The position numbers and the translations under genes are program-made. A stretch of 64,000 bases of DNA from contig CM097885.1 in NCBI GenBank assembly GCA_044892525.1, forward strand, positions 26,786,001-26,850,000, written 5' to 3'. Source of the stretch: Schmidtea polychroa (lineage: Eukaryota). The notes beneath the pieces were generated by a model. It had not been told where the DNA came from. It did not search any database and saw only the letters and a program-made list of their open reading frames with translations. Each line of letters opens with the position of its first letter. The stretch's first letter is position 1. Of the stretch, positions 1-13,239 are shown in pieces.

Positions 1-644
1 TTTATGATTCAAGAAATTTCAAGAAATTATGTTTAAGGAGAATGAAAACTTGTATGTCACAATAAAGATTCAAGGATTCAAAGTGGACCAAAACAATATT
101 TATTCTCCAATACGGAGATTACAACGTGCAAGACATGCTCTTGGTTTTTAATAGATTTTTTAATCAATAAATTTTTAATCAGTTATCTGTTATTGATTTA
201 AAAATAAAATAATAATAATAATTAATAATAATAATATTTAAATAAATTGAAAGATAATAGGATAGAAAAAAAATTAACAAAGACAGCGGCAATACAGTTG
301 GAAGTTTAATAAAGAAAGATGCAATTCAGATGCAATATTAAAGTCATTCAATAATTGTTTTTAAAAAATAATATTAATAGTAGTAAGTTTGTTTATTAAT
401 AATAATATTTTGAAATAATAATAATAATGAGTCATAAAAATTAGGGGGGTAAATGTCTTGTTTTAACTTAGAAAATTTTTTTCACCTGACATGATGGGTT
501 TGAACCGATGTAGAACAAAGTCCATGAGTCATACACAGACATGATACACCCACGTGAAACCTGACTCACCCTCTACACGATGAGTCATCACTGGAAAGTG
601 ATGAGTCATAGTTCTTTGTGCCAGCGGGCTCACATCTACCTACT
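1..644 (-). mobile_element. Terminus of a Polinton/Maverick (element A), extends off the window start
   Basis: Ends ...CATCTACCTACT at 644 (revcomp AGTAGGTAGATG, like the AGTAGATG termini of the other elements); several ATGAGTCAT motifs as in the other TIRs; 8-151 is homologous to the 19443-19853 ORF of the complete Polinton. Confidence 0.75.
8..151 (+). CDS. 3' end of a conserved Polinton accessory ORF (homolog of 19443-19853), partial
   Basis: Translates FQEIMFKENENLYVTIKIQGFKVDQNNIYSPIRRLQRARHALGF*, aligning with FDEISFKENENWYITIAIQGYKVDNNDVYSPIWKIMSARL. Confidence 0.75.
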   Translation, partial: FKKFQEIMFKENENLYVTIKIQGFKVDQNNIYSPIRRLQRARHALGF

Positions 645-666
645 TAGTGTCAATCTCAAATCGCCA

Positions 667-903
667 TTAGCTTCTCCTTTTATAATTAAAAATAATTTGG
701 AGATACATCTTAATATCTCCTTCACATTTAATTCTCATCACGCGTAGTTTTCCGTCTTCTCCAGGTGTCCTTTCGATTACCCTCCCCATTGGCCACTTTC
801 CATTCTCATTCTTTTTGTCTAATAGCCACACTGTTGACCCTGCCTGAACATCATCTTCTAAGTCAATCAGAATACAATTGATATTCCAAGAATGGTATTT
901 CAA
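667..903 (-). pseudogene. BEL/Pao LTR retrotransposon pol C-terminal (DUF5641-like) fragment
   Basis: GSTVWLLD...GKWPMGRVIERTPGEDGKLRVMRIK matches the W-x-x-G-R-V...PG-x-DG-x-x-R motif at the end of BEL/Pao integrase. Confidence 0.8.
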
Positions 904-2029
904 AAGGCCAAATTTCGAGATATGATGTAGATCAAAACCCTTTAAATTATGAAAGATAACAGGAAATTTATGTCTAATTTACCTTGACAGATTGCAATCT
1001 TTGCAAGCTTCACCAAGAAATAAACCGATAACTGAACTAACTAAAAATTTATTTCTCAAAAAAATGATCTGCTGTTTTCAAATTCTATTTGTTGAGTGTC
1101 GGGAATTATCATTTTCTGACAATTTTTATAAAAGTATGGTGTCACTATATACTTCAGCGCTGGTAATACCACCTACTAAAATTACTTGCGGAGGAAGGCT
1201 AAGTGACTTGACTGAGGACTTGAAGTATTACGGTTAAAGGTAATCTGCCCTACATAAAATATATGGCACATGGGGAATATTTTTGGTTTATAATTTATCA
1301 ATTTGGGCTTATCATTTGAAATAGTCGAATTTAGTTGGCAATAAGAAGTTTCCGAATTGGATACCCACTAGATAAGATTACCTCCAGGACCGTTGAATTA
1401 TATACCGATCAAAAAAGATTTAAGTTACCTTTTTTTAAACTTTTTATTCGCGTGGTTGCATAGTCCAGTTCATCTTCACTTTCCTCATAGCACCTGCTTT
1501 ATTATTGCCGTATAAATAACTTATTTTCTCTACCCTCTTGTCATATTTATTAGTGTAATTTTTGAGTTCTTAAAACTATAAAGTTGTCCTTATTCTAAAT
1601 GGCTGTACTGTAAAAATCATTTTTCAGAATTTTTCAGTCTTCTAATTTAAAGCAGTATCGTCAACATACTGCTTTTTTTCGAGTTATGCTAGCTTATCAA
1701 GAATTGGATTCAGTTTTATATCTTCTGTCATTCAACCCATTACAGTTCCTTCAGAGATGTCGTATTGTTATGTTTACTTTCGAAACTCCACTCCTTAATT
1801 TAACAATAATGTCACGGCTTTTCTGTGACAACATCATAAATACTATAATTAAGCACTATTCAAAATATATGCAGTACATTACAAAACTTTCCCCTTGAAT
1901 ACTGGAGCTTTTGTTTACAAATAAAAAATATATTTTACATTAATATTTTCAACTGTACTTTGTTTTGTTGTTCGGTTGTTTTCTTTTGCAATGTGAAGTG
2001 AGTTAATAGAACTTTCAAAAAAAATTTAT

Positions 2030-4432
2030 TAGGGTTACCAGATTTTCACCAAGACAAACCGGGACAATAAAAATTTATTCAAAAACTTTAAAAATTCATT
2101 GTAACAAAAAGACTTAATATATAATATTAATTGAAAAACGTCAATAAAATAAATAAAACTTAAAATTAATAATACAAAAATAAAGGAACTAAGTATTTCT
2201 AATTCAAAAATGGAAATACAAAAGCGTGGAAATACATTATTAAAACACTCCTAATCATATTTACGGCTTGATCTTGCCTCCTTTAACAAATTTGTATTTT
2301 TTAAATATTCATGCATTTTGTAACAATGAAATGTAAAATTAACGACGCATTTAAATATTGCTTCAACAGTAACCGATTTCTTTCGTCCGACCATTGAATT
2401 TCCATTAGGGAAAATATGCGCTCCATATTCGCATTATGGCCAGGAATACAAAATAAATATTCACATATTTTAAAAATATCGATATATTGTTCTGCAAATT
2501 CAGTTTCCATTTTCGACAAAATAAAACTCCATTTTTTGGAGGTTAATTTCTGCGTCCATTCATTTCCTTCTCTATTTTTTTCTTCTGACATTATGGTTGA
2601 AACGGTTTGAATTTGGCTGAATAGGAACGTATCATTTAAAATTTTATATTTTTCTTTTAGGTAGTTAAAAGTTTCTAATACTTTCCTATTCTGGCTTTTC
2701 TTTTAAATTCATCCATGAAAACACCGAATACTTTTTAATAGCGTGATACATTTGCTTAAATAAGTAACAAATGTTTCATAAAATTGAATTATGTCATAAT
2801 GAAACTGCTTAATTTTCACCATACTCGCTAAACCAGATTCTTCATTTTTTCTTAAAATTGTCCTAACACTTGCTGGTAAAAATTTTGAATGACTTTTTTT
2901 TTCTACAATTTGTACAGTTCTAAAACATCTAAAATTTCAATAACTGACATACAACATCCATCATTTTTAAAATTTGATTATTAACTGAGCTAGCTTGTCT
3001 ATGTGCAAACCAAAGATATGCCTCACTTAGAGAATTGTTAAAAAATTCTAGTATGGATTTTGGTGGTTTCTCTTCGGGTTCTGATATGAAAAACGATTTT
3101 AAGGCTTCACATATTTTTAAAATTCTTTCTATTGCCGGCCAATTGGAAAGCCATCTTGTTTTTGAATAAGAAAGCACTGCTTGGTATTACAATTTAACGA
3201 ATTCACAAAATTCTTTTAAACGTTCAGTTCTACCAGTATATATTGAAAAATAGTTGAATATTTTGTAAACGATTGAGTCAATATCACAAGATAATTGACC
3301 AGTAGATGTTTGCATAGTATTGTTTAAAATATGTGCATGACAACCTATACCTTCAATATCGGAACCTAATTGGTTCTTTTATTTTGTGAAAAGATTGTTT
3401 CTTCTTATCTTGCTACACCACCAAAATTGACATTAGCATTGTCTCCACAAAATTCTACACATTTTTTTAAATTCACTTTGTGATCTTTCAAAATTTGGAT
3501 ACAAAAATTTGAAATAATTTCTGAAGTTTCACCTTTTAAATTCTCCAATTTTAAAAGTTTCCTATTAGTTCCAAATTTTTTAAAATATTGAACAACTAGT
3601 GGGAACATTTTTTCCGCTTTGTGGTTATTGGCATCCGCACTAATAATTCATTCTTTGATAATTGATAATTCATTCAAAATTAATTCTGATGTATGTGGGG
3701 CAAGAACTTTTGTCATTAATTTTGTTATTTTTGTTCTACCAGCTGAATACTTTGCAGGTAATGTTGAATCACTAAATAGCTTAGGTATTAATTTGTTAAC
3801 ACAATCCGTTGAAATAAAAGCCTGGTGATGTTTTACAACATGGTATGCAAAACATAATTCGATAGCAATTATCGTGCCTTCATCGGTATTATCACGTTTT
3901 ACAAAAAATGTTTTTCCAAGGTTTTTTACACATGACTGAAGATGCAACTGCAGATTTGTGTTTCTGGCTATTGATATGATCTTTAATATCAGAAAAACCA
4001 CTGATACTAAAATTCGAATTACAATGCTTGCAAAACGCTTCTATTTCATTTTTGCCTTTTTTAATAAAAGCAAATTGCTCTTTATATTTTTCTAGAAATT
4101 GACACTTTCGTTTTGGCATTTTAAATTAGGGTAGCTATATAAAAAATTTAAATAATAAACCAAGTATAAATAAAAAAATCAATAAACTCACATATTTTTA
4201 AATAATTTAATAGCTTTAAATATTGTAAACAAAAACTAACTTTCCCACGACGGCCACAGATTAAGTTAAACAAAAACAACTTAACCATCTGTCATTCATA
4301 ACAAAAACAAACTACCCAACAGGAAAATTTTCATATTAAAAAATAGAAAAGTGTGATAAATAAACTAAACTTTAGAGGCAGTTGTCCTCCAAAATTTTAA
4401 ATTTTGTTTGAAATATTGCAATGCAAAAAAAC
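2030..4432 (-). mobile_element. Degenerate hAT DNA transposon (frameshifted transposase ~2301-4119), one end missing
   Basis: Terminal TAGGGTTACCAGA at 2030; ORF pieces with BED-like C-x2-C...H-x4-H, CGDNANVNFGG, GC..H, KTRWLS, and C-terminal CIPGHNANMERIFS dimerisation motif. Confidence 0.85.
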
Positions 4433-5989
4433 ATTGACATTGCAAAATTAGACAATTGTTATATTTAATTAACAACGAAAGTATTTTACAATAGTTCCCC
4501 CCATTCTAGTTGGTATGCGTGCGATTAGAATTTTTAATTCAAAAAGAAATGTTCCCATTTACACACATTTACAAATTTAAAATCTCCTAACCACTGATCA
4601 TTATGTTTGGAATAGATCATTTGCAATCTATTTAGAAATTACCAAAAATTGTACGGTCAATTACTAGACCCTTCGAATAAACCCCCGTCTTTTAATAGAT
4701 TAATTTAAATTCAAAAAAATATAACACTAAAAATATAAAGGCAGAAGAATGTAGTTTGAAGTTAAATTACAAATATTACTACTAATAATTTTAACGATGG
4801 AAAAAATGTCTAAGAACCCTTTTTGCACCTGCGAAATTACTAAATCTTGTATCGATTTGCACCCAAGTTCAGTTTAGTTCAGGAATTACTTGCAATTACT
4901 AATGTGTGTGGATAACACGCTCGTATGGAGACGTCTTCTAGTTGATGTGTACGTGCGGGAAATCTCTTATCCAGGTAATGTTTGATGATTCCTCCGATCA
5001 AATCGATTCAGGTAATCAGGAAACTGGTGTGTAGGTAATGTTTCATATAAATCTCTCCTCAACCCCGTCCTCAATTTATTTATGCCTATGTCTGAAGATG
5101 TTCGACCCATAACTTAGTTGGTACCATTAGAATGTGTGGTCTATCAGAGTGTAGTTAAAAATGCATGATCACTAAATCTGTTGCTAGTCGTACTACGTTT
5201 TCTACTCTAAAACTGTTAACGTCGCAATCAATTTGCTAAATGTTCTCAAAAATTATAAAGTAAAACAACGTAAGACTACTAATGCAAAATTTCTATTTAG
5301 AACATTAAATATCATCATCGTCCGAATCTTCCATCGGAGACCTGTTTGCGTTTCTTAGGTGGCTGATCGTAGTTCCATCCAACCGCCGGAGGGATTTCAA
5401 TTTCTCGATCACGGAGTTCGGCTAGATCGTTGATCCAATCCTCATAGTAGACGCAGAGGACCTGCTAACTTCGTACCGCGCCTGCATGCGGGCTTCTCGG
5501 GCCGAATTCATTGTCGGCTCTCTCTTCAATACGACCATGGGCCGCTCATCTGCTGTCTCATCGTTGGTAATGTTGGTTTCATCCGGAAGCCGTGATTCCA
5601 TGAGTGGATCTTCGTCCACAACCATTCTCGTTGAGGAATGGTAATCCTTGCTCGCATGGTGGGGGCAGTCATACGTTCCATTTGGGACTCCCTGTACCGG
5701 CTTCCTCATGATGTGCCGGCTTCGTCATCGAATATCATCGGCTCCGTTTTCCATTGACTGAATCTAGACTGAACTAAAATTCACTCAGTCAGTAATCAGC
5801 TTATATATCCTTAGATTCTTACCATCGATGTGTCCATGCATGCCTAAATCGGTCATCGATTTCATCTGTACTGTATTAGTGTATAGTTTGTAGGTGTTTG
5901 CAGATGCGAATATGTGCCATGAATACCTAGTTATCTTTCAACATATGCGCTAAGTCGTACTACGTTTTCTACTCTAAAACTGTTAAACA

Positions 5990-6510
5990 AACGCAAGGAG
6001 TATTACAAGAAATTGACTCAAACATACAGAGAAACATAAAAATACAAAAAACAAGCTCGAATAAAGTCGAAAAAATGTAGAAAGCCAAATTCTAGACAAA
6101 ATTCCAGAACAATCCATAAAAATGGCGAAATCCATCATGGAAGTCATGAAAATCAACAAAAGTTAATAAAAATAAATAAATTAGTTTAAAAATTAAAATT
6201 CAAGAAAAAAAATTAAGAAAAAACGATGCTAAAATAAAAATTAACTTTAATTTAATATGGAATGTTCTGGAAATGCACAAATCTATTATGGAGGCAAATC
6301 TAACAAAAATTAATTAAAAATTAAAAATAAAAACAAAAATTATGGCACTAAAATTGCCATTAAAATTATTAAAATCAAGAATAGAATATTCTAGAATTAA
6401 AAATAATTCTAGTTTGTTTTACGGTATCAACGCACACATACGTATTCACACACAAAAATAAGTATATATACCGCCACATTTTCGTCACAATTCATCTCTT
6501 TATGCCAAAT
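5990..6510 (+). repeat. Copy of a dispersed LTR-like repeat family (5'-truncated)
   Basis: Shares blocks (AATATGGAATGTTCTGGAAATG, GTATATATACCGCCACATT) with 15110-15798(-) and 48350-49060(+). Confidence 0.75.
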
Positions 6511-7934
6511 TTTGTTTTTGTCTAAACCATACCTATTGATTTTAAATTTGAAAGTATGGATGTTCGTTTATTATGTATATGATATTCTAATATATTTATT
6601 TATATATGATTTATTCTCCACAAGGGTGACTTAGGTAGTAGTGGTCGTATTCTGACACGCGAACTAAGCCAGTCTTGTGTCTTCTTTAAAATCAACATCG
6701 TCATTGAGTAAACAGCCATTGACATCTGCAGGCCACTACCTGGCACGCATTTATTTATATTTACACGTTTCGGGGTCGTCGGAGGTCATACCGACTCACT
6801 GGTATATGCCACTGGGTTCGTCGATAAATACCCTCTGGTACGGCGGAGTTCTTAGAACTCGTTATGTTATTATTTATATCTCGGTAGTATATTGCTCGGT
6901 AGTATATTTATTTATATCTCGGTAGTATATATATAACACAAAGGCTTGACATAGTGGACACAGTGTTTCCATGAAAGCAAGAAATTTTTTGTAATCAACC
7001 TTTGTTACATGAATAATTCACATATTAATCTCCACATTAAAAATCCACATCAACACATCACCCTAGGATACTATAAACAGTAAAGCTCCAGGCTCAGATT
7101 GAATACAATTCTTAATTCTATTAAAAAAATATAGTCGGCTATACCTTAATTACAGAACACCTCAATTAGTTCTCTGAATCCCCATTGCGTGCATGCATTT
7201 CGAAGTAGAAATCTGAATTTGAAATGAACCTTGAACGAGCTATCAAGCACTATAGAATGGGAAGAGAATCTGAATAAAAATCGTTACTTTCCAACATTCA
7301 GAAATGATAATTTACTAGAAAGACAATAATGTTAGTAACATTCGGTAAAAATTTCGAAATGCATGCACGCAACTCTGGATCCATAATCTACAATTTATTC
7401 AAATTCATTCATCTAATGTCAATCAAATTTATTTTCTTCTTTCACATAATTAATAAAACTTATTATTTGAAATTTTATGTAATAAACCTCTTTTCCACCC
7501 ATACATTCAAAAGCGAGTTATAAGTCCATGTTTTATCTAAATTATAAACCCTAATTTCCATAGCTACCCTCTTTACGATATATTAGTCCAACCATACCTT
7601 AAACTCAAATTTTCCCACCTACTGGTTTGATTGGACAATTATATATTCACAGATTATACTTTTGACGATCGTTTGTATATAATTTATAATTATAATTGTT
7701 ATTTTTCCCCTAACTTATAATTAAAAGGATATCTCAAAAACATTTCTGTTGATTCCCCAAATTGCTTATACAATAACAAATATATTAATATATACTATTT
7801 CTATCCTTTAATTGGAATACAAATTTATAAATTTCAACTTTTATGATTGATCCCTAAGAATTATAGTTAGTAATAATCGCGATAAAAAAACTTATAATTT
7901 TAAATTTTACTAATCCCCCCTCCCCTTATAATTC

Positions 7935-7936
7935 TA

Positions 7937-8022
<86 letters not shown>
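7935..8022. repeat. (TA)n microsatellite
   Basis: Directly visible TA run. Confidence 0.95.
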
Positions 8023-8026
<4 letters not shown>

Positions 8027-8300
8027 AAAAATTTTCGTAATCACTTTTTTAAACATTTGCATAAAAATTTTTGTAATACTTATTATGTTATTAAATTATT
8101 AAATTATGATGATATAAAGAATATGATGAAAATGATGATATGAAGAATATGATGAAAATGATGATATGAAGAATATGATATGAAGAAAATGATGATATGA
8201 CGAAAATTATGAAATTATTATGCAAATGTTAAAAAGTGATTACGAAACTATAGTTATAAAATATTACTTGTAGTTTGCAATGTGCATCTACAATAGTTAA

Positions 8301-8563
<263 letters not shown>

Positions 8564-8726
8564 TTTATTCTACATTCTCTTTATAATAATATACCAAATT
8601 ATATTAATTGTTAATAATTAATCCGTTTTATAATTATTATATAATAAAAGCGGATTAACTACTAACAATTGGTAATAAATATTTAGAAAAATATTCAAAT
8701 AATATTTAAGGATTTATCATTATTAG

Positions 8727-11700
8727 GTAAATTATATCCACGATACTGCCAGGCTTCTGGACATTCAAAATCTTGTCATAAGACAATGAAAAAATATTAT
8801 GCCCATAAATTCTATGGACTCAAATACTATTTATGTCCATCATGTCAGACTTCCCAACATATAAAATATTCTGAATTTTACAAAACCCATAGTAACCATC
8901 TTAATCGGTTTTTTATAAAGAAACTTACCCTCTTTAAAAGGATAAATAAAAATGTAAATAAAAATGTAAATAAAACTGTAAATAATAATGCGATTAGCGC
9001 AGAACACAAAAATGTAAATAGAAATGTAAATAAAAATGTAAATAATGATGCGATTAGCGCAGAACATAAAAATGTAAATAAAAATGTAAATAAAACTGTA
9101 AATAATAATGCGATTAGCGCAGAACATAAAAATGTAAATAGAAATGTAAATAAAAATGTAAATAATGATGCGATTAGCGCAGAACATAAAAATGTAAATA
9201 AAAATGTAAATAAAAATGTAAATAAAACTGTAAATAATTATGCGATTAGCGCAGAACATAAAAATGTAAATAATGATGCGATTAGCGCAGAACATATAAT
9301 TAAAAATGTAAATAATAATCTAAATAAAAATATGAATATCAAAAATGTAAATAATAAACGGCCTGCTGTTATTCAAGATTCTTGTATACCATCTAAAGTT
9401 ATTAAAGTTAATGGTGGTGATGAAATAAATATCCAAATTAATAATCAAATAAATAAGCAAAAAGGTAGGTCAATACACGGTTCAGTAGATATAGATGGGG
9501 AACCAGAAATAGAAATAGATTTTAAGGGGGCTAGAAAAAATCTAAGGTTTGACGTTGAGAAAAACGACTTAGTTCAAATATCGTTAACATCGAAAATTAT
9601 AGAAAAGTTAATAGCCGAAATAAAAGGAATGGGGCCGGTTAAAATACAATTCACTGTTCTCATACAATTTGAGAAAGATGGCGAAATCCGAGATAATTTT
9701 TTCTCCAATAACGCCGAAGTTTTTTCCAATAATTTTCTATTAGAGGGCATCACTAAGTTAAATAATAAAATTGAAAAGTTCACCTATTTAGGAAGCGGAT
9801 GGCGGGTTGTTATGATAAAAGAAATAGATTTTATAATAAATAAATATAAATGTATAAATAGATTAGCTGGCCATAGTTACATCCCAACCCCAGCGGCTTT
9901 AAAGTCTAAAAAAGCAATTGTAAATATACAAAACACTGTTGATGTGTTTTATCTATAGTATTCTAGCCCTCTTAAAGCGTGATGTTATACACAGCAATAG
10001 GCACCGTGTTACTGCTTATGAGAGTTATTTAAACGAGATCAATTTTGACCTTATTAGTGATTGCCCGATGAAATTATGTGATATACCTAAATTTGAACGC
10101 AAAAACAGTGAACTGAACTTGGCTATTAATGTTTTAACTTATCGGAATAAACCAGCTAAGCCTATTGAACATCAAGATATAAATTATATTCCCCATAACC
10201 CACATCTAGATATTATTCACCGCTCTAAGGTTATAGGCGGTGAACCCATATATTTATTATTATTAGAAGACGGTAGTAATTTTCATTACACCGCAGTCTT
10301 TGATCTTCAAAAACTTATGAATTGTCATCGTAATAATTCCTGTGATATACAAATTTGCGTAAAATTGTGTCCCCATTGCCTTAATGGCTTTAGATATAAT
10401 AAGATATTTAATATACATGTAGATTTATGTAGTAAGAACCAAATAGGTACTACATTGTATACCCTACCTAAAGACAAAAATTTAATTTTCAAAGATTTTT
10501 CAAAAAGAATAACCCCGCCATTCGTGATATATGCCGATTTTGAGGCAATCTTGCCTGAAGACATCACCCACCATCAAAAACATATGCCAATAACAGCAGG
10601 CATATTATTTATTAATAATTATAATAATACCAGATTTTATTATGAGTTTGTTGGGGATGATTGTGTGTTGTCTTTCTTGCGTAAGGTGGAGGAAATTGCG
10701 GTCAAAATTGTCCTGCCATATTACGAAATTAATGGGAAAAAGCCCATGCAAACCTTGTCTTTCACTAAAGAACGTGTCTTTCGAGAATCCAGAACCTGTT
10801 ATCTATGTAAAAAATTCATTAAAGATAGAGTTAGGGACCAATGCCACTTCTCAGGCAAGTATCTTGGTGCTGCCTGTAGGAACTGTAATGTTTCGCGACG
10901 AATTCAGAAACAGTTACCGGTTGTCTTTCACAATTTGAGGGGGTATGATTTACATCATATTTTGAAGTATGGTCTGAATAATTTTCCTTCTTGGGAATTA
11001 AATATTATTCCGACCACTACTGAGAAATTCATCTCTCTCATCGCGTACATTAACAAATTGCCTGTTCGTTTTATTGACAGCATGCAGTTTGTTAATTCAT
11101 CTTTAGCAAAAGCAGTTAAGACTCTTTCCGATCTGCCTTTAACTTCTTCTGTTTTTGATGGCGCAATTGTTCGAGCCAAAGGTGTCTTTCCATATGACTT
11201 CGCTACATCGCTTGAGGTTCTGGAATCGACTCTTGAACTACCTCCTATCTGGGATTCTGTGTCTAATGATGAGTATGCATTAGCCCAAGTTATTTGGACT
11301 CAACAAAATTGCAACAACATGTTAGATTACATGTTAACTTACCTTAAATTAGACGTGTTTCTCCTCGCAGATTATTTTACACAATTCCGTGTAAAGGCCA
11401 TTGCATACAATGGTCTGGAGCCTCTTAATTTCTATGGCATTCCCGGTATGTCATGGGCCTCAGCGCTTATGACATTAACGGAACCCATTGAACTTCTGCA
11501 GGACATGGAAATGTTTAATTTCTATGAAAGATGGATACGTGGTGGGTTAAAATTTGTTAACAAACATTATGTTGTAAGTTCTGAAGACACAGAACTCTTG
11601 TATATTGACATAAATAACTTGTATGGTTGGGCCTTAAGCCAAAAGCTTCCGTATGCTGACTTTGAATTGGTGTATAATGATCTTGATTCTGTCTTGAATG

Positions 11701-12990
11701 AATGTATGAATGAGGATATTGAAAATCTTCCATATGGGTATACAATGGAAGTGGATATTGATATCCCTCAGTGTGTGCATGATTTTTTGAATGATTTTCC
11801 GATTGCTCTGGAAAAAATGTGCCCGCCAGATTCGAAAGTTGAGAAGCTGATGCTCACGCATTGGCCGAAGAAGAACCATGTTCTTCATTGGCGACTTCTC
11901 AAGTTGTATATAGAATTGGGGGCTGTAATTAAAAATGTACATAGGGCAATTAAATTTAAGCATGCACCCATTTTTAAAGATTATATATTGACTAATACTA
12001 ATTTGCGCTCAAATTCTACATGCGAGCTGCATAGAGATTTATATAAATTATTTAATAATAGTCTGTATGGGAAATCCGTGGAAAATCTTAAAAAACGGAT
12101 GAATTTGAGGCTATGTAATTCAGCTGAAAAGATGATTGTATTAGCTTCAAAGCCGACTTTCAAGAAATCAATCAAAATTGATGATGACTTGATTGTTGCA
12201 CATCTAAATAATGATTCTATATGTTAAGACAGGCCTAGCTACATTGGCCAATCTGTGCTAGACCTGTCTAAACTGAGGATGTACCAGTTACAGTATATAG
12301 AATTGGCAAAATATCGTTTAGAGTTTAACTGTGATATAAATATCGTTGCCAGCGACACCGACTCCTTTTTCTTAGAGATAAAGCACTGTAAGCTTGACAC
12401 TCTTTTGCCGGCAATGATTCGTGATAATCTTCTAGATACTAGTAATTATGATTTTGCTCATCCTTTCTATTCAAAGAGTTTGGATTCTGTGATAGGGAAA
12501 TTTAAGGACGAAAGTAAAGGGCTTGGTTATAAGGAGTGGGTGTTCTTGCGCCCTAAGTGTTATAGTTTGTTAGGAGATAAGGCAACACTTAGGGCTAAGA
12601 GAGTTCAGCTTGGTAATACTGAGATAGGGCACCAGTCTTATTTAGACTGCTACAACAACAGCGTAGTATATACGGTGCCACAAACTAGAATAGGGACGCG
12701 TAACCACCAGCTCTTTACTTTTAAGAACAGTAAAATAGCCTTGTCTGGCATATGGGCATTATTTAGGATTTGACGAAACTGATGATGGTCAGATATTTTC
12801 TGAAGTAGGACCACTTTTTGGTGGCTTGAGTCCAGACTTTAACGACGACTCAGATCCGGATAATCCTGGTCAGATATTCGAAGAGATTGGCTCACTTTTT
12901 GGTGGCTTGAGCCCCGATTTTGAAGAGGAATCAGACATTTTCATTCGAGAAATCGGCATCGATATTGACGATGTTATTTTATCAGACTAA
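8727..12990 (+). pseudogene. polB: Protein-primed family B DNA polymerase (pPolB), copy 1, disrupted
   Basis: Exo I YADFE, FHNLRGYD, FIDS, motif A YIDINNLYG, motif B KLFNNSLYGK, motif C DTDS, LRPKCY; EndoVII-like C2-D(H/Q)CH...C2N; N-terminal OTU-like Cys (CFIYS) and His (FHY). Frameshift ~9940, stop 12225-12227, 44-bp deletion at ~12745 relative to copy 2. Confidence 0.95.
8945..9300 (+). repeat. In-frame ~60-bp tandem repeat in the PolB N-terminal region
   Basis: Repeated NVNKNVNKTVNNNAISAEHK units. Confidence 0.9.
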
Positions 12991-13186
12991 TTTGTGTTTT
13001 AATTAAATTTTTAAAAAATAGTCTTTATATTGTTTTATATCGTATATTGAAAACTTGTTATAGTTTTCAAGGTTAACTTTTGTAAGAATTTTTATAATAA
13101 TATATTTTTATTGTGTGATAGTGTTGCAGTGGGCACGCAACATTATTTATCGGTTGTTAGTATTTTATTAAAAGATTCCAACGAAA

Positions 13187-13229
<43 letters not shown>

Positions 13230-13239
13230 TCTTTAGAAA

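Noticed and set aside
6636..6930. AGTAGT start and short CTCGGTAGTATAT repeats as the left end of element B
   Set aside because: Not complementary to the 14180 terminus and not preceded by the expected AACGTA TSD.
8840..9295. 151-aa hydrophobic minus-strand ORF
   Set aside because: Antisense shadow of the tandem repeat in the PolB N-terminus.
12225..12227. Alternative genetic code (TAA as sense) to explain the PolB stop
   Set aside because: TAA terminates DOHH, Bcl-2 and other genes normally here, and the fragment at 27129 shows the sense codon is TTA.
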